Part shown: positions 12,001 through 25,202 of the stretch, in pieces
How the letters are laid out: every line of letters begins with the position of its first letter
How positions within the stretch are numbered: the first letter of the stretch is position 1
Assembly: GCA_965202585.1 (NCBI GenBank)
Contig: OZ241833.1
Span: forward strand, 37,944,001 to 38,008,000
Length of the DNA: 64,000 nt
Direction: 5' to 3'
DNA from: Thalia democratica
Lineage: Eukaryota
Notes under the pieces: model-generated
Database searches by the model: none
The model's input: only the letters and a program-made list of their open reading frames with translations
What the model was told of the DNA's origin: nothing
Made by a program: the position numbers and the translations under genes

Positions 12001-13876
12001 GCTATTATACAATTCACGGATATATTTTATGAGTGAGGCAGCAAAACTTTTTTGTTGTAAAGTTAATCACTTACTTGTATAACTTATTACGTTTAACGCA
12101 TACAAAAAAGTATTATGTTATCTGATAAGCAAAATTTCCCAAAAACACAAATAAAAATCCCCTCAGCATTTTTCCTTTACAAAGGATAGTTATAATAAAA
12201 TACTGTACATACTTTAATCGAAACTCTTACATATATTATTTCAATTTCAAAAACGAAAAAAAGTGTACCTTTTTAAAATAAATACATATATAATATAGTT
12301 CCCCTTTTCAGATGTACAGCGGTCACCAGGGCAACGCTCAGATCCCCACACCCCAGATGGGCCGACCCCAACAAATTCTCCCCGGCAACCAACCCAGTAA
12401 CCATGGCAACCAGGTCGTCTGCCACACCTTCAATAACCACAACGGACAGTCGGCCCAGATGTACTACCAGCGCAACATGACGTCACAAATGAACGGCATG
12501 ACGTCACCGGTCGTGACTGGGATTCCGGGTCGCCGTGGCAACCAGCAGCAAGTGGTGCAGAACGGCCACTCGATGGCGGGTAATGGCCACGTGGGGGCAC
12601 AGATGGTGCAGAACGGTGGCCATGGCAACCAGGTGATTCACCACAACGGCAGAGGTTTTTTTAATTACTAAATTAAGTTTTTATATGTTATTTTTTAGTT
12701 TGTTTTCTTAATTAGCTTAGTTTTGCTTGTACAAAATATCATAACTACAATAGTTCTGCTCAAACAAACTTTTTTAAACTTTTAGGATTTTAATCAGGGT
12801 TATAGTGATATGACTTTTTTTGATTTAATAATTTTTTATAAGAATTTTTTTATAGTTAAAAACTATTTAATAAACAATGTTATTAATTATAAACAATATT
12901 AAGGCATTAGTATAACTAATGTTTGATTAAAAATTTGAATAACCTTTAAATCTATTTTCATAAAAACAACACTTATTTTAATAACTCATACTTTTTTAGT
13001 TTGTATAACGTTTTGGCTTCTTAACGTTGAATTTGTAATAAGAGACGCAGAGTAGTTAAAAAGAAACAACAAAACTATATTACATTTTAAAATACTAGAG
13101 AGCGGAAGTCATACTAAATATAACGCTGAGAGCTAGAAAACATTGAAACAAAACTAAATTTCTCCATTTAGTAAAAACTATAGCTAAATTCACGCCTTTA
13201 GCAAATACTGGTTTATTTTTAAACTCATTATAAACACAAGCAATAGCAAACACTCGCTTGCAGTTTATTTTCGTGTTTATTTTCCCATTTACTGGTGATA
13301 AGGGTCGAAAATAAAATGGATTTTTTAAATAGTTTTTGTTTTTGTTTCTTACTACCGTGCAACTCTTTAAAATTTATCGTGTTAAAACAAATAAAAACTA
13401 TTAGATAACGTTTTTGGATGTAAGATTTTTTTTCTGCAAAGTTTTTAAACAAAAAGTAACTAAAATATAAAACTCCCTACTATCTGAAACTATCGTTTTA
13501 TTTAAGTAGCTTATTTATTTTAGAGTTTTTTTTTATTCTACCACATTGTTTAACTAAAACAAAAATACTTATAGATACTTTTTTTCATCTTTAAATATTT
13601 TCAGTCGGCGGCAGCTTCAACCAGATGCCTAGCAACGGTTACCACGCAACCAACCAGAACTTTGGGGGTTTTACCCAAAACAAGATGAAAACCGGCCAGC
13701 AGGGGCGCCAACAGTTGGGGCAAATGTACAACCACATGGGGGCGCAACAGCCGTCGCAACAGTACCCCAGCAACCAGGTTGCCATGGTGACCAACCAGCA
13801 ATGCGGATCCATAGTGACGCAACAGGAGTCGGCTGACGTCATCAACACCTTTGAGCAGTTCGTCAACTCCAATTGA
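55..13876 (+). CDS. Q/N/M/G-rich low-complexity protein, 5'-partial, 11 exons, ~683 aa in window; possible Mastermind-like coactivator (unconfirmed)
   Basis: Exons 55-196, 688-785, 1367-1465, 1755-1901, 2187-2392, 2960-3348, 4432-4501, 5619-5791, 6536-6648, 12312-12654, 13605-13876. All introns GT-AG, phases match at every junction (1,0,0,0,2,1,2,1,0,1), total 2052 nt = 684 codons ending in TGA. Protein has polyQ, MTSQ and HGNQ repeats plus an acidic helix ENKLFEELMEELNKEIE. The start lies upstream of the window. Confidence 0.85.
2409..2531 (+). mobile_element. ~120-nt SINE-like dispersed repeat, copy 1 (intron 5 of gene 1)
   Basis: Aligns to the copies at 26521, 28447, 28962, 29742, 37688 and 61491 (GACAARACGTTAA..TCCGTGGTGTGC..TCGATAACYGAAARGTT..GGTCCT.GGA..TGAGCG..GATAAAC). 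Confidence 0.7.
3581..3647 (+). other. Candidate alternative (stop-containing/poison or terminal) exon of gene 1
   Basis: Acceptor tttcctgcag|3581 and donor ATG|gtaatt at 3648. In the incoming phase 1 it reads GGAMPQGVYGLLLAKPYC then TAA (3634-3636). Flanking exons 6 and 8 join in frame without it. Confidence 0.45.
6418..6535 (+). repeat. ~35-bp tandem repeat x4 ending at the exon-10 acceptor
   Basis: GACGTTT(CAAC) starts at 6418, 6453, 6489 and 6523; the last copy supplies the acceptor CAG. Confidence 0.7.
11482..11514 (+). repeat. 13-bp tandem repeat x2.5 (GAGAGAACAAAAC)
   Basis: Read directly from the sequence. Confidence 0.8.
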
Positions 13877-13885
13877 TGACGTAAC

Positions 13886-13891
13886 AATAAA
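13886..13891 (+). promoter_or_regulatory. Candidate polyadenylation signal of gene 1
   Basis: AATAAA 10 nt after the stop codon; the motif is common in AT-rich DNA, so support is weak. Confidence 0.3.
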
Positions 13892-14189
13892 CAGTTGAAC
13901 TCAATTGGAAGTTAGCCTTTTTTAAGGTTTTGACGGTTTAAAGTTAATAAGAAAATAACAAGTAAATAACAAAGACTGTCGTTGAAAAGTACTAACTTTT
14001 TTTAGACTCATTATAACTCGTAGGCAATTTCCGCAAAGTTCAAAGTGCAATTTGCATAAAAAGTTTTCTTCACAAAAAAACAAAAATTTCACAAAACCAT
14101 CAAAAAATTTTAATAGCAAGTTCCCACAACATGCAAAACGCCAGTTCTGTGGATGCAGAAACACATTTTACTTGATAGCATTACACGTT

Positions 14190-14286
14190 GTTCATTGGCG
14201 CAGAACTAGCTGAGATAGTTTGATCGCTACCTACGACAGATCATAGCTTGTTCTGCCTCCGAAACAATCTTTAGTGTGAAACGGCC
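14190..14286. mobile_element. Possible PIF/Harbinger-type MITE end fragment
   Basis: Ends in TTAGTGTGAAACGGCC (reverse complement GGCCGTTTCACACTAA), which resembles Harbinger-type termini. No partner TIR was found. Confidence 0.3.
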
Positions 14287-17200
14287 AAGAGAGTTTCTCC
14301 GCGAATGACTTTGTTGGCACGAAGCTTTTTGGTCCGGAAAAACCCGGTGCTGTAACTTTTCTTTACAAAATGCTAAACGACCCTGTCCAGTGGTGCTAAT
14401 TTTTTTTTTGTGTGAAATTGCACTTTCTTATACTTACTCTCTTTCACGATTACACATAACACAATTTTGAAATATGAAAACCAAGTGCAATTTGAACGGA
14501 ACATGGTGCTAAGAGTTGTACGTTTACTTTCCCACTTTCGGGTAATCACCCTTGCTGAGAGTTTTTCGCTTTTTTCTTGTATAGTATTTCCTTTTAACCG
14601 GTTTGCCAACCTAGACGCGATTTGTACAACTTTTTTTCTGTTACCAATGCTTTAATTCAGTTTGTTTTTTGTATTGATTATCTTTCGTCACAACCCTAAG
14701 AGATATGGTATAATTTTTTTAACTTTAGTTTGAACTTTTGTTTCTAACTCACAAAAAGTAATATTAACAAACTGGAAACAACGCTTCAAAAATTCCTCTC
14801 TAGGAAAAAACCGTTACAAAATCTTCTCAGAGTTCTAGCTTTTTTAAACGTTAAGGAGTTCCAAAATAACACCTTGTTTTGACCAAAATAGTTTTTGTTT
14901 TCCTCGCTAATTTGAGATAAAAGTCATAATGATTAAATTTCGTTGTCTATTCCAACTTTGAGCATTTTTTTGCTTATTTTTTTTCCTCGGCTACTATTCT
15001 TTTATCGGCTTTTTATTGTTTTTTTTTCGTTTTATTATCTATTTATTATTTTTATTGAAATAAATATTTTTGTAAAAACAAATGTATGTTTCGTTTTATT
15101 TATAGTTAATCAAAACTAGATTAGATGTATTTTACATTTTTAGGTTTATTAAGAAAACAAAACAAGTATTAATTAAAAAAAACAAAACTGGATAAAACGT
15201 TTATAAAAAGTGTACCATAAAAGTTTGAAAATCTTTAATTATGTAGATAATTTATTTTCAGTTATAAAGGATTTTTTTTTGTAAAATTTTGCTTTCTCTG
15301 CAAACAAGGTAATTAACAATTCTCAATTATGACGCAAGAATAGTACGCAATAGGAGCACGAAATCATATTAGTTTCTTATTGAAATTTTAAACACAACTA
15401 CTTAATAAATATTCTCGGCTTTCTTTATAAAAACATATAACACTTTTGTTTGTAAACTAGTTCTGAAGTTAATGTTTTTATTGCTTTTCTGAAATACGAT
15501 TAAAAAAAAATCTGATGACTTTTGTGATCAGTTTAACTTTCAAATAAATTTGTTTTTTAAATATTAATCACAACTGCTTTATAATTAATTTAAGCATACT
15601 ATTATAAAAAGAACCGAACTAATTTTGAAATTAGTTATGAAGTGAGTTTTTTTTTAATTAATACTTTAGAAGCAATATTATGTTAAAATTAAAAAATTTA
15701 AGTTTGCATTACATAACTAATTCCGTTGACCGAACAAAAAAACTAGCTAACAAAAAATTTTTAAACTTTTACATTAATTTACCCATTTGCAATGAGTTGT
15801 TTAATTTTTTTGATATTTAATGCTATTTTATTATTTCTAGGAATTCTTTAAATGAAACAACACTATTTTTTTGACAAAAAATTTTGTTCTAAACTCAAAA
15901 CAATCAGCTTAAAATAGTGCCATAAAACAACATAAAAGTGTTTTAAATAAAGTGTAGATAGATTAAAAACTTAAAAACCGTTTAATTACTAAAACCTAAA
16001 AAACCTATTAGATTTTATGAAAATTTATTCCTACCAAAAACGATTAAAAGGTAGCCTTATAATGCAAACGTAAAAATTTGTTTTAAAGCTAACCCAAGTT
16101 ATTCTGTTACACATACTAAATTTAATACCACACAGATTTCTGTTTAGTTAATAACATTAATACGTTTAAAATGTACAAACTAATAATTTCACTATTTATT
16201 GCCGCTACAAGGGTGTTTTTATTTAAGTAAACACTTACAAAAGCTATAGTTCCCTCGCACTAGGCCGCACTGAAAAGAAAGTCAAAGTCGCTCACACTTT
16301 TAAGCAAAGTATAAAGAGAGGCACTAAAATAAAAGTATTAATATTTACATAAACACGCAGCTTCAAGTTTATTAGCTGCCAATCGATTTTCGGCCGTGGC
16401 GGCTGTAAATAATTCATGAAAATTGTTTCTTTTTTTTTTGCAATCTTTGTGCTGCCGTTCTTGCTGTGAGCGGCTTAAACTCGCACCAGGAGAGAAAGGA
16501 GAGCATAAGTTTTTATAGATATTTAACTGCTTGTAAATATATAGCGCGATGATAACAGAGTATTGATTTTTGTTTCGCTTTTCTTGTTCCTCTTCTACTA
16601 GGTCTTTTGTTAGTTGATAAAAGCGATATTTTTTTCATATTATTTTAAAGTTTTAAAAAGCTAACTTGTTTTTAATTGTTGTAAACTAATAAATAAAAAA
16701 AACAATAAAAACAATAACAAATTAAAGTTTTATAGTGTTTAAAAATATTATCTAAAAGGTTTTTCAGCCAAAATTTTTAAAAGATGTTTATTTAAATTCT
16801 TATTTTTTTAAAAAGATATTTTAAACTTTAAACTTTTTTGAAGTACTAATAAAAAAGTTTCAGACTATTATATTTTTCAAAACTTCATTACAAAAATTTA
16901 CTTTTCTTTTTTTAAACCATGATCACTATAATTGAGATTTCTGTAGTTGTTTTTTACAAAAAAAATTAAAAAGCATTTTAAAAAACATCATAAATTTACA
17001 ACAATAAAGTTAGTTTAATCATAACTCATACTATTGTTTATTAAAACCATAATATTTTATATTAAAACGACAAAACATAGAGCTCAAAGTTTCTTGTCCT
17101 AGTACCTGATGTAATAGTTTGTGTAATAACTAGTTTCAAATTTTATTGAAAAATATAATATAAAGTGCGTAAATTTTTTTTTTCTTTGCGAAAAATTGTC

Positions 17201-18304
17201 AATAAAAAGTAAACAAAAACTTTTTATTGAAGGCATGACTCTTTTATTTTAATAAAACAAATTCTAATACTTTTCTTAATACAAATATTGTCCAACTTTA
17301 AACCTAAAAAAAAACTATTTTCAAACAATTTTAAAAAGTGAGAGTATGTAAGTCTACAAAACGATGATTGACGACAATTCAAAAAAAAGTCCTAAATGTT
17401 TTCAACTAAAGTTTTAAAATTTAGTCTTGCTTGTCAATTATAAATTTTTAATATTTTGTTTGTAAACGCTTTACTAGTAACAGTTGCTATCCAAGCAAAA
17501 TTTTCAAATGTCATCAATAATTACTGAGTTAATACTGGTGTTTTATTTATATTTAGATATTTAAGTTTCCATTGGTTGATGGTTTTTTAAATTTTTATTG
17601 TAAAATTATATTATAATCTTAACCTGACATCATAACAATATTCTAACGTGTTTTAGACATCAAGTTTTAATCTTAAGTTATATGTGGACTATGTAATTCT
17701 TGTTTGAAGTTTGTTACACAAAAGTAAATAAGTTTCCTTTTGGGTTCATCTAATTTGGAGTAAATAAATGAATAGCTTTAAAAGTCAATGATGTTGTTAT
17801 AAGAGTTTTTGATTTAAATATTGGTAGTTCAAGATAAAATGTAAATAATTTTCAATTTTAAATCATTATATTAGTATAATTACTGCTCAATACCATTAAA
17901 TTACTGAAAATTATTAATTTTGTTTCACCCAAATAAATAAACATGAAAAACAATAATATACCATCCTTTTCTCAAAGACCCAATGCTTGTATGTCTAAAA
18001 TGAAAAACATACAACTTCAATCTATTGATAGTACATTACCATTTGATGACCTTATAGGTGAGTTTATCTAAAGTAAATCTAATTTGAATTAAAATTAATT
18101 AAAAAGATCTTATGTGTATGCTTTAAAAGGCATAGGCAAATTTTCTAGTGGATGGGCCAAATTTACCAGAAAAAGTCTTTTGATGACCAGAATTGTTTAA
18201 AAAATGTCTTAGTGAGCCTCATTATTTTAAGTTTACATACTATAAAGAACTAAAAATTATCTTAAGCAAAATTGCCATAAAAAATGGGTAGCTGTCAAGT
18301 TTGT

Positions 18305-18540
18305 GGAAGAGGATAAAATTGCACAAAGATACTTTTGCGCAAAGACAATTTTGCACGGGTTGAATTTTATTCAATTTTTTTATTAGTTTTAATATTTTTT
18401 TTCTTACTATCACTGTTACCTATAACGCTTATTTTACTAATTTATCTTTTAGTTTTGTGTTTATGTTATTTTTTACTCTGTTGCAAAATTGTCTTTGTGC
18501 TCTTGTGCAATTTTGTCTTTGTGCAGTTTTGACCCGTTCC
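18305..18540. mobile_element. Degenerate foldback MITE with internal TGCACAAAGACAA repeats
   Basis: Left GGAAGAGGATAAAATTGCACAAAGA versus right (reverse complement) GGAACGGGTCAAAACTGCACAAAGACAAAATTGCAC. No clear TSD. Confidence 0.5.
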
Positions 18541-18711
18541 CTCAAAAAAATAGTTTAATTAGCTCATCCATGAAATAGACCAATTTACAAAGACTTTTCA
18601 AAACAGGTGCACAATTAATCCAATTTGTACAACTCAGATTCTTAAGATAATTTTCAAGGCTACAACTTAAAAAGTAATACACATTTCATAAAAAAATTGA
18701 GCAATTATAGG

Positions 18712-19061
18712 CAGGATGGCCACTAAGCCTGGAAAAAACCTGAAATTTGAGAAATTAAAAATAAAACTAAAATTTTAACAAAAATAACTGAAAAACCTGG
18801 AATTTTAAACAATGTTTACATGTTAAGTAGTAAAACTTTGATTTGACAAAAAAATATGTTATATAGCAAAAAAGATTTCTCATCATCAATATTAATTTTT
18901 TTTAAATCACATTTAAAGAAGCTGTGCAGTATTTTTTCAATGTTGTTATACTATTAAACACAGATTTTTACATTAAACTTAAGTTTAGACTAAAAATAAA
19001 CCCAAAAGCGTATACTTTCTAAAACCTGGAAGAAATTTCTCAAAAATCATCAGCCACCCTG
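18712..19061. mobile_element. hAT-like MITE
   Basis: Termini CAGGATGGCC / CAGCCACCCTG; flanks TTATAGG / TTACAGG are TSD-like; internal AAAACCTG(G/A)AA repeats. Confidence 0.6.
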
Positions 19062-19606
19062 TTACAGGTATAATTAATACCTACAGTAACTTTTTTTCAA
19101 ATTTTAAATACTTTTTGAGATATGCTTAAAATTAGTTTTGAATAAAAATAATTTTTAGTATTTTTAAAGTGCAATTTTAATTTTCAAATAAATACTAACA
19201 TAATCTTATTAAATAGACTTACAAACTTTTTTTAATAAAAGAAAAATACTTATTGAGTTGTAACTTTTAAAAATATTTTCTCAGAATTTGAGTTGTACAA
19301 ATTTTAATACTTGTGCACCTGTTTTGAAACGTCCTAGTTTTTTGGTTACTTGTTTAGTTATTTTTTCATTACAATTTTGCTTATAGTAGTTTTTTAATAT
19401 AATAATAAATGTTGATTTATATTTGATTTATATAAGTTCAATATGAAATTTTAATTCATGTGGTTCACTAAGATTTTTTTAAGTACTTAAACTGCCGGAA
19501 TGTGATGTAACCTTCAAAACTTACATTATAAAAAAACTAAATTCTATTTTATTTCACAAAATGTCTTAAACCTAAAAAGTACAACACAAACCAAATATTT
19601 TAGTTG

Positions 19607-19626
19607 GTGGGCTGGATCCAGCCCAC
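19607..19626. repeat. Perfect 20-bp GC-rich palindrome
   Basis: GTGGGCTGGA|TCCAGCCCAC; probably a TE remnant. Confidence 0.75.
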
Positions 19627-22227
19627 TGGCTGTATTGCACACTCCAATTATTTTTATAGCAAGTTTTCTAAGTGGTTCAGACTTACTAAATAATTCTTTT
19701 GGTGCTTGACTTGTTCAAAATTGTTAAAAAAAGTCTTGACATGCCAAATAGTTTTGAAAAGTTGTATCATAAAAAAATGAAAAACTCAAGTAAAATCACA
19801 TTAAAATAATCATATAAAAACCACCTTGGTTTACTAAAATCAAAGTAAGAGCACACTAAACAAATATATAAATAGCTCAGTTTTGTTTGACTTAAACAAG
19901 ATATTTTCAAGCTAAAAAATGGTCATAGGACAGAGATTTTTGTTGGTCTATAGCTGGCCCACAGGCTTACATTCTTGAGCCCAAGATAAAAAACTCTTTG
20001 TAAAATTTGTAATGACTACACTAACTTTACAAATAACTTTAAAATAAAGTTATAAATCCAACACATGGTTATTACTTTCTTATGCTGACTTGTGTTAGCT
20101 TATGGTTTTTTTAAACAGTCTAAGTTTTAATCAAATTAAATTTCATATTTCAATGAAGTCAGACTGTGTTTTGAAACAAACAATGGTAAGCTTGTCATAC
20201 AGCACACTATATTTACAAGTAGGGAAATATTTTAAGCTTCACAATGAAAAGAGTTTGTTACTTATTTACACTTAACTAAGATAACACTTAGTAAACAATT
20301 AAGGTAAATATTTTGGAATGGGTCTACCTTGCTTTTTGTAGTTAGATCATAAATTGTAAGTACATACACTTTAGCTACAGGATTTTTTTAGTCTACTAAC
20401 TCAAAGAAACTTTTTAGATATCAGAATAAGAAATCAAAAAGTTAAACATATTCCTTGTAGAAATTTCCAAAATTATACATTTTTTATTTACTAACCAGGT
20501 TTTCTTAATTTTTTTAATATTATTTTAAACCTAGCATGTTAATGCTTTTAAAGTTTTCAATGAACATTTTTTGAAATCTTGAAAACGCTTACTTAAAAAA
20601 AAGTAATTAAAAATATGCATATAGAGAAATTTCAAACTTTGAAAAATTAATGATTACAAACTTAGCTGTCTATATTTGGGGTCGGTCAGATATGCAAAAA
20701 AAAACACCTTTACCTGAAAGATAAAACAAATACCCACAAAGGGTTACTTTTGCACAAAAAGTCATTTTTTCTTGACAGTAAATAAATAGATAAAATGATT
20801 GTAATTTACCGACCAAGTAAGAGTTCGGGTGACAGTGATAGTATTAAATACAAAATAGATTTATATTAAACTTATAAAAAAAGTGACCCTTTCTGCATGT
20901 TTGACACCTACCTGTCTACTAGTGTTTTACCGGATCTAGCCATAACTTGCCAAAATATGGATCTAACTAAAGTTATACTTGAAAAATAATTTGTGTCAGG
21001 TCTGGCTTTACCTAGGATTGATAAAGCTTTTCCTGATCTGGAACTTTAATATAAGTTTATATCTAATCAGATCAAAGTAGGACCAATTTATCAAATCTTG
21101 ACTCAGCCCTGTTTAGATACAAATTTCGTTTAAAAATGAAGTTTTTTTTTATCTGGTAGAACACTAGTTTATACCTTTGTATGTTTAACTTTATTTATGT
21201 GAAATAATTTTAAGAAAATATTTTGAATTAAACTTTTATATAGTTACCAAAAATATTTATAGTTCATGCTTTAAACTTTCATATAAGAGGTAGTTTTAAT
21301 TTCAAAAAAAATGTTGATCTTAATATTTAGAGTGCATTGGGTTTAAAATGTAGTATAAAGTTTGTCTGTTTTTATGCATTATTATACAGGTATATCTAAA
21401 AAGTTTTAAAAGCTATATATTTAACTATTATTTTTGAAATACTCGTATATATTCTTTGAATTTGTTGTAACTCCCATTAAGCTTATGCTAGTATAAACTA
21501 ATAATAAATTTAATAGTTATTTTATGATAATTACATTTATTATTGTCAATTTATTTTGAAGTATGTAATTTCAAAATAAAGTGGTTTTTTCAATAAAAAT
21601 GGGTTTCTAAAAATAAAACCATATGTACCTAAAATAAAAAGTATTAAAATAACTTGACTGGGTTAGAACTGTATATGTGAATTGTTAGCATGTCGTTTCC
21701 TCACATGTTACCTTTTTGTATAGTATCTAGTTTATTCAGTTATTTTACTGGTGGACTATTTTGTATTGTTACTTAGGTATTAATTTATTGGCTCTGGATT
21801 GAGAATTTAAGTTTTTTAGTATTTTTTTAACTAGTTTGTAGGACTAATTGTAATATGAAAACAACTATACCATTGATAAACATTTTTAATATCAAAAAAA
21901 TAATTTATTGTATTCATCAACAAAATGTTTTTTTAGAACATGCATTATTTTTAAATTTTTGATTGTAATAAAAGTTAGCCTTGAAGATTTGTAGCAAGAA
22001 GTTGAATCTGGTAAGGACTGTTTGTTCAATAGTTTTTAGTCTGCTTTATAATGTACAAATTAAAATGCTAACATCATTTCGGTAGGAAAAAGTACTAGTA
22101 GTGTGTAATATGTAGTACTTAATACTTTTAGGTTTTAGCTTGTTTTATTTCTTCTAAAAAGTAACTTAAAATAATCCTAGAGACAGATATTTTAATAGAA
22201 TAACAAAAAGTATTTTTTGCTTTTGAC

Positions 22228-22473
22228 TAGGAGTGGGCAACGTACCAACAAAAATCTCTGGCTTGCTACTTTTCAGCTTAAAAGAACTTAGTGTAAATTA
22301 AACAAAAGTGACCTTTTTAACAACAAACATTTTCATAGGTGCTCTTAGTTTTTATGTACAGATAAAGTTTATTGTATTTTTAATTTTAAAAGTTGTTTCT
22401 ATTTTGATTGTACAATCTTGCAGATTTATGCACCTTTTTTTCACAGTCTGACTATAGAAGTTGCCCACCCTTA
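22228..22473. mobile_element. hAT-like MITE (246 bp)
   Basis: TIRs TAGGAGTGGGCAAC / GTTGCCCACCCTTA; 8-bp flanks CTTTTGAC / CTTTGAAC (6/8 match). Confidence 0.65.
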
Positions 22474-22690
22474 CTTTGAACTAAAGTTTTTTACTTGTTG
22501 AATAAAGTGTTTTTAAACTTAATCTATCATCATGTGAGGACAAAAATATTTACACAGCAATTTTTAAAAACTCTCCCGCTAAGTAGTACAGCTTTGGACT
22601 AAATATGTACTTTTTTATAATAAAAATTTTAAGTATACTTTTACATTGTTTATTAGTCTATATTAATAAAGTAACGATTTCCATGATAAC

Positions 22691-22777
22691 TTGTGATCTA
22701 CTGTATCTGGCCGGGTTGTATGTTTTTAAAAGATCAGGATCCTTACTTAAAATAGATCCTGATCCGGTAGATCACTA
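22691..22777. mobile_element. 87-bp hAT-like mini-MITE
   Basis: TIRs TTGTGATCTACTGTATC / GATCCGGTAGATCACTA; 8-bp TSD ATGATAAC / ATGATAAA (7/8). A related end, TAGTGTTTTACCGGATC, is at 20920. Confidence 0.7.
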
Positions 22778-22871
22778 ATGATAAATCATATGCTCTGTGT
22801 TGTATTCGTGTTTGAACCCAAACCTAGTACTAGTTATTTTCTTGCTTGCTAACTTGATTCAAAATAAACAG

Positions 22872-25202
22872 TAGAAGAATCAGAGCAGCAAGAGCAGATT
22901 CAAATTTTGAACATACAGCAACTGTTCGACGAACACCACAGAAGACAGCAGGAATTTGACAACAAACTGTTCATTGTACTTCTTGTTGTTGTCTCAATTG
23001 CACTTGTTACCAGCTTGTACTTTAGTGTTAGTTCTGATATTGGTTTAGTTTTTCATTTTGCATAAGTTTAATAAAAGTACTAAAAATATCTGTTAACGTT
23101 TTGGTAGATTAGTAGTTTTTTTTCAATTTTTTTAATGAGCAACTATTTTATAAGTTGTCACTAAACTGAATAAAACTCTCAACTTAAATGGTATTTTAAA
23201 TACTTATTACCATTAGTATTTTTTTTGAAGAAAAAGTTGTAGAAACTTTTTTCAAAATAAGTTTGATTTTGGTAAAAAATAGTTTTGCTGCTGAAAACTT
23301 CTACTGACAGCTGTTTATTTTTTATACGGCATTTCTTTTTTCTTTCAACTAAAGCACATACATCATTTAGTACTAAGCTTTCGTAAATTTCTGGTTTAAG
23401 TTTTTTGTTTAAGTTTATTGACAGTACGCACTACTTTTCTGACTTTTAAATATTAAAGTCTTGGCAAAAAGACACAAGCCTAGCATCTGAAAGAAAGAAA
23501 ACGTTTTAGTTTTAGTATATTAGTTTTATATTGAAGTTTTTTTTGTAAATTTTTGTAGATTTTACTTTTTTGTTAACTTTCTAAATTCCATTTTACTTTG
23601 GACTTTTAAGCATGTAGAGATCAATACCATAATAAACAAACAAAAAGTATTCTAAACAATAACTACATAATAACATGTCTATCTTTAATAAAAATCTTCA
23701 AGTTTTTTAATTTCAACAAATCTACAGCAGACGCAATGAGTGGTGTGCAATCGGCCTGCTCAAGAACATCAAACAACCAGTCACGATCCAGGACGTGCCA
23801 ACAATCGCGTTCCAGAACTAACCAATCGCGTTCCAGAACTAACCAATCACGTTCCAGGACCAATAACCAGTTGAGTCCACCAGCCAACGCTTGCCAACCA
23901 AGAAGAAATGTAGAGATAGTGGATGAAGAGGAAGAGATGGAATTCAGCTTGTTTAGGATCGGATGTGCTTCCGGAGTGTGTTTAGTCATCATGCTTGGAA
24001 CTTACAATATGATTTTTGCACCTGTAACTGATAAAAATCCGTGAGTTAACATTTATTTTTTGTTGTAAAAACTAGTATTTTTAGTTTTCTTACAGCTTAT
24101 ATCAAAAATTTTTAGTTTGTCTCATTTGTTTTTGTTAGACATTTTATACAAAATTTTCTATAGAAATCACCCTCCAAGAAGGCCTGCTTTAAAACCCAAC
24201 GACTACCCGAAATTTCCTCCCGTTGACAGACCTCCAGTACAAAAACCATTTCCTGCTATTGACAGACCTCTAGTACAAAAGCCATTTCCTGCCATTGACA
24301 GACCCCCTGTACAAAAACCATTTCCTGCCATTGACAGACCCCCTGTACAAAAACCATTTCCTGCCTTTGTAGAACCTGATGTTGTAGGGTTTCCAAGTGA
24401 TTTTGGTTACGTTAAAAAACCTCCTGTTAGTATTCCGGATCCAAAGAACCCAAACAACAAACCTCCAAAAAACCATCTTCCCAAGAAAAAGTGGTGGGAA
24501 GAGGATTTTAGCAAAAAATCTTTTGATGATGTTACTCCTGGTTATGATCCCCTTGCTGATATTGACCCTTTTGTTTGGGACGGTACTAAAAAATCAGAAA
24601 AGAGTGTAGAGTATCCGAGAGTTTTTGACCCAAGTTGTAATTGGGACGGCACTAAAGAACCAAAAAAGAAGGATGATAAAAGCCCGCCTCCGTTGCCTTT
24701 AAAGATCGAACCTGAAGGCTTTGTACCTCCGATCTGGAATAATCCGAAAAAAGTTGATGATGGAAAATACGATCCAAACTGGGATAGACCCAGATTTGTA
24801 AAAGAAGAAAAAACTCCGTCTGAATTTGACGACGATGATGTCTATTTGCCTGGTTTTGACGATGACTACAAACCGCCGGTGTGGGAAAGTCCGAAAAAAG
24901 TTAACAACGGAAAATACGATCCAAACTGGGATCGCCCTAGGTTTGTAAAAGAGAAAACTATGTCCGCTTTTGATGACGATAACTTTTATCATGAAACTGA
25001 CAACGAATACAAACCGCCGGTGAGGAAAAATCCAAAAAAGGTTGTCAAGGGCAGCTTCGATCGCCCTGGATTTTCGGCCGGAAGAAACCAAGCTCCTATT
25101 AAAAATGATCTGGCTCCGGAATGGGATGATGAAGACTATTACGCTCCAAAATACTCAAGTAAGAAAAAAGAACGTACTTCTTTCCAAGCTGTAGACTGGT
25201 AG
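22872..25202 (+). CDS. Paralog A: membrane-anchored Ser/Arg-repeat, Pro/Lys-repeat protein of unknown function (447 aa from ATG 23736; longer if the upstream TM exon is used)
   Basis: Exons 22872-23042 (phase 1-1; RRQQEFDNKLFIVLLVVVSIALVTSLYF, a TM segment), 23728-24040 (SRSRTNQ repeats, acidic run, TM FRIGCASGVCLVIMLGTYNMIF) and 24164-25202 (DRPPVQKPFPAI x4; 49-aa repeat x2.5; TAG). Phases are consistent. The start exon for the first exon was not identified. Confidence 0.8.
24225..24366 (+). repeat. 36-bp coding tandem repeat x4 (DRPPVQKPFPAI)
   Basis: Read directly; the same array is present in paralog B at ~34399-34540. Confidence 0.9.

Noticed and set aside
13601-13887. Antisense ORFs over exons (also 23663-23992, 33044-33362, 34110-34959, 36349-36680, 53433-53696)
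   Set aside because: They are shadows of GC-rich or repetitive sense exons and have no independent splice or homology support.
21995-22010. Possible 16-nt micro-exon upstream of paralog A with a strong GTAAGG donor
   Set aside because: The phase fits, but no start exon or clear homolog near paralog B was found.
24225-24366. 36-bp repeats (also ~34399-34540) resembling a CRISPR array in length
   Set aside because: The units are contiguous with no unique spacers, lie in frame in a eukaryotic exon, and there are no cas genes.
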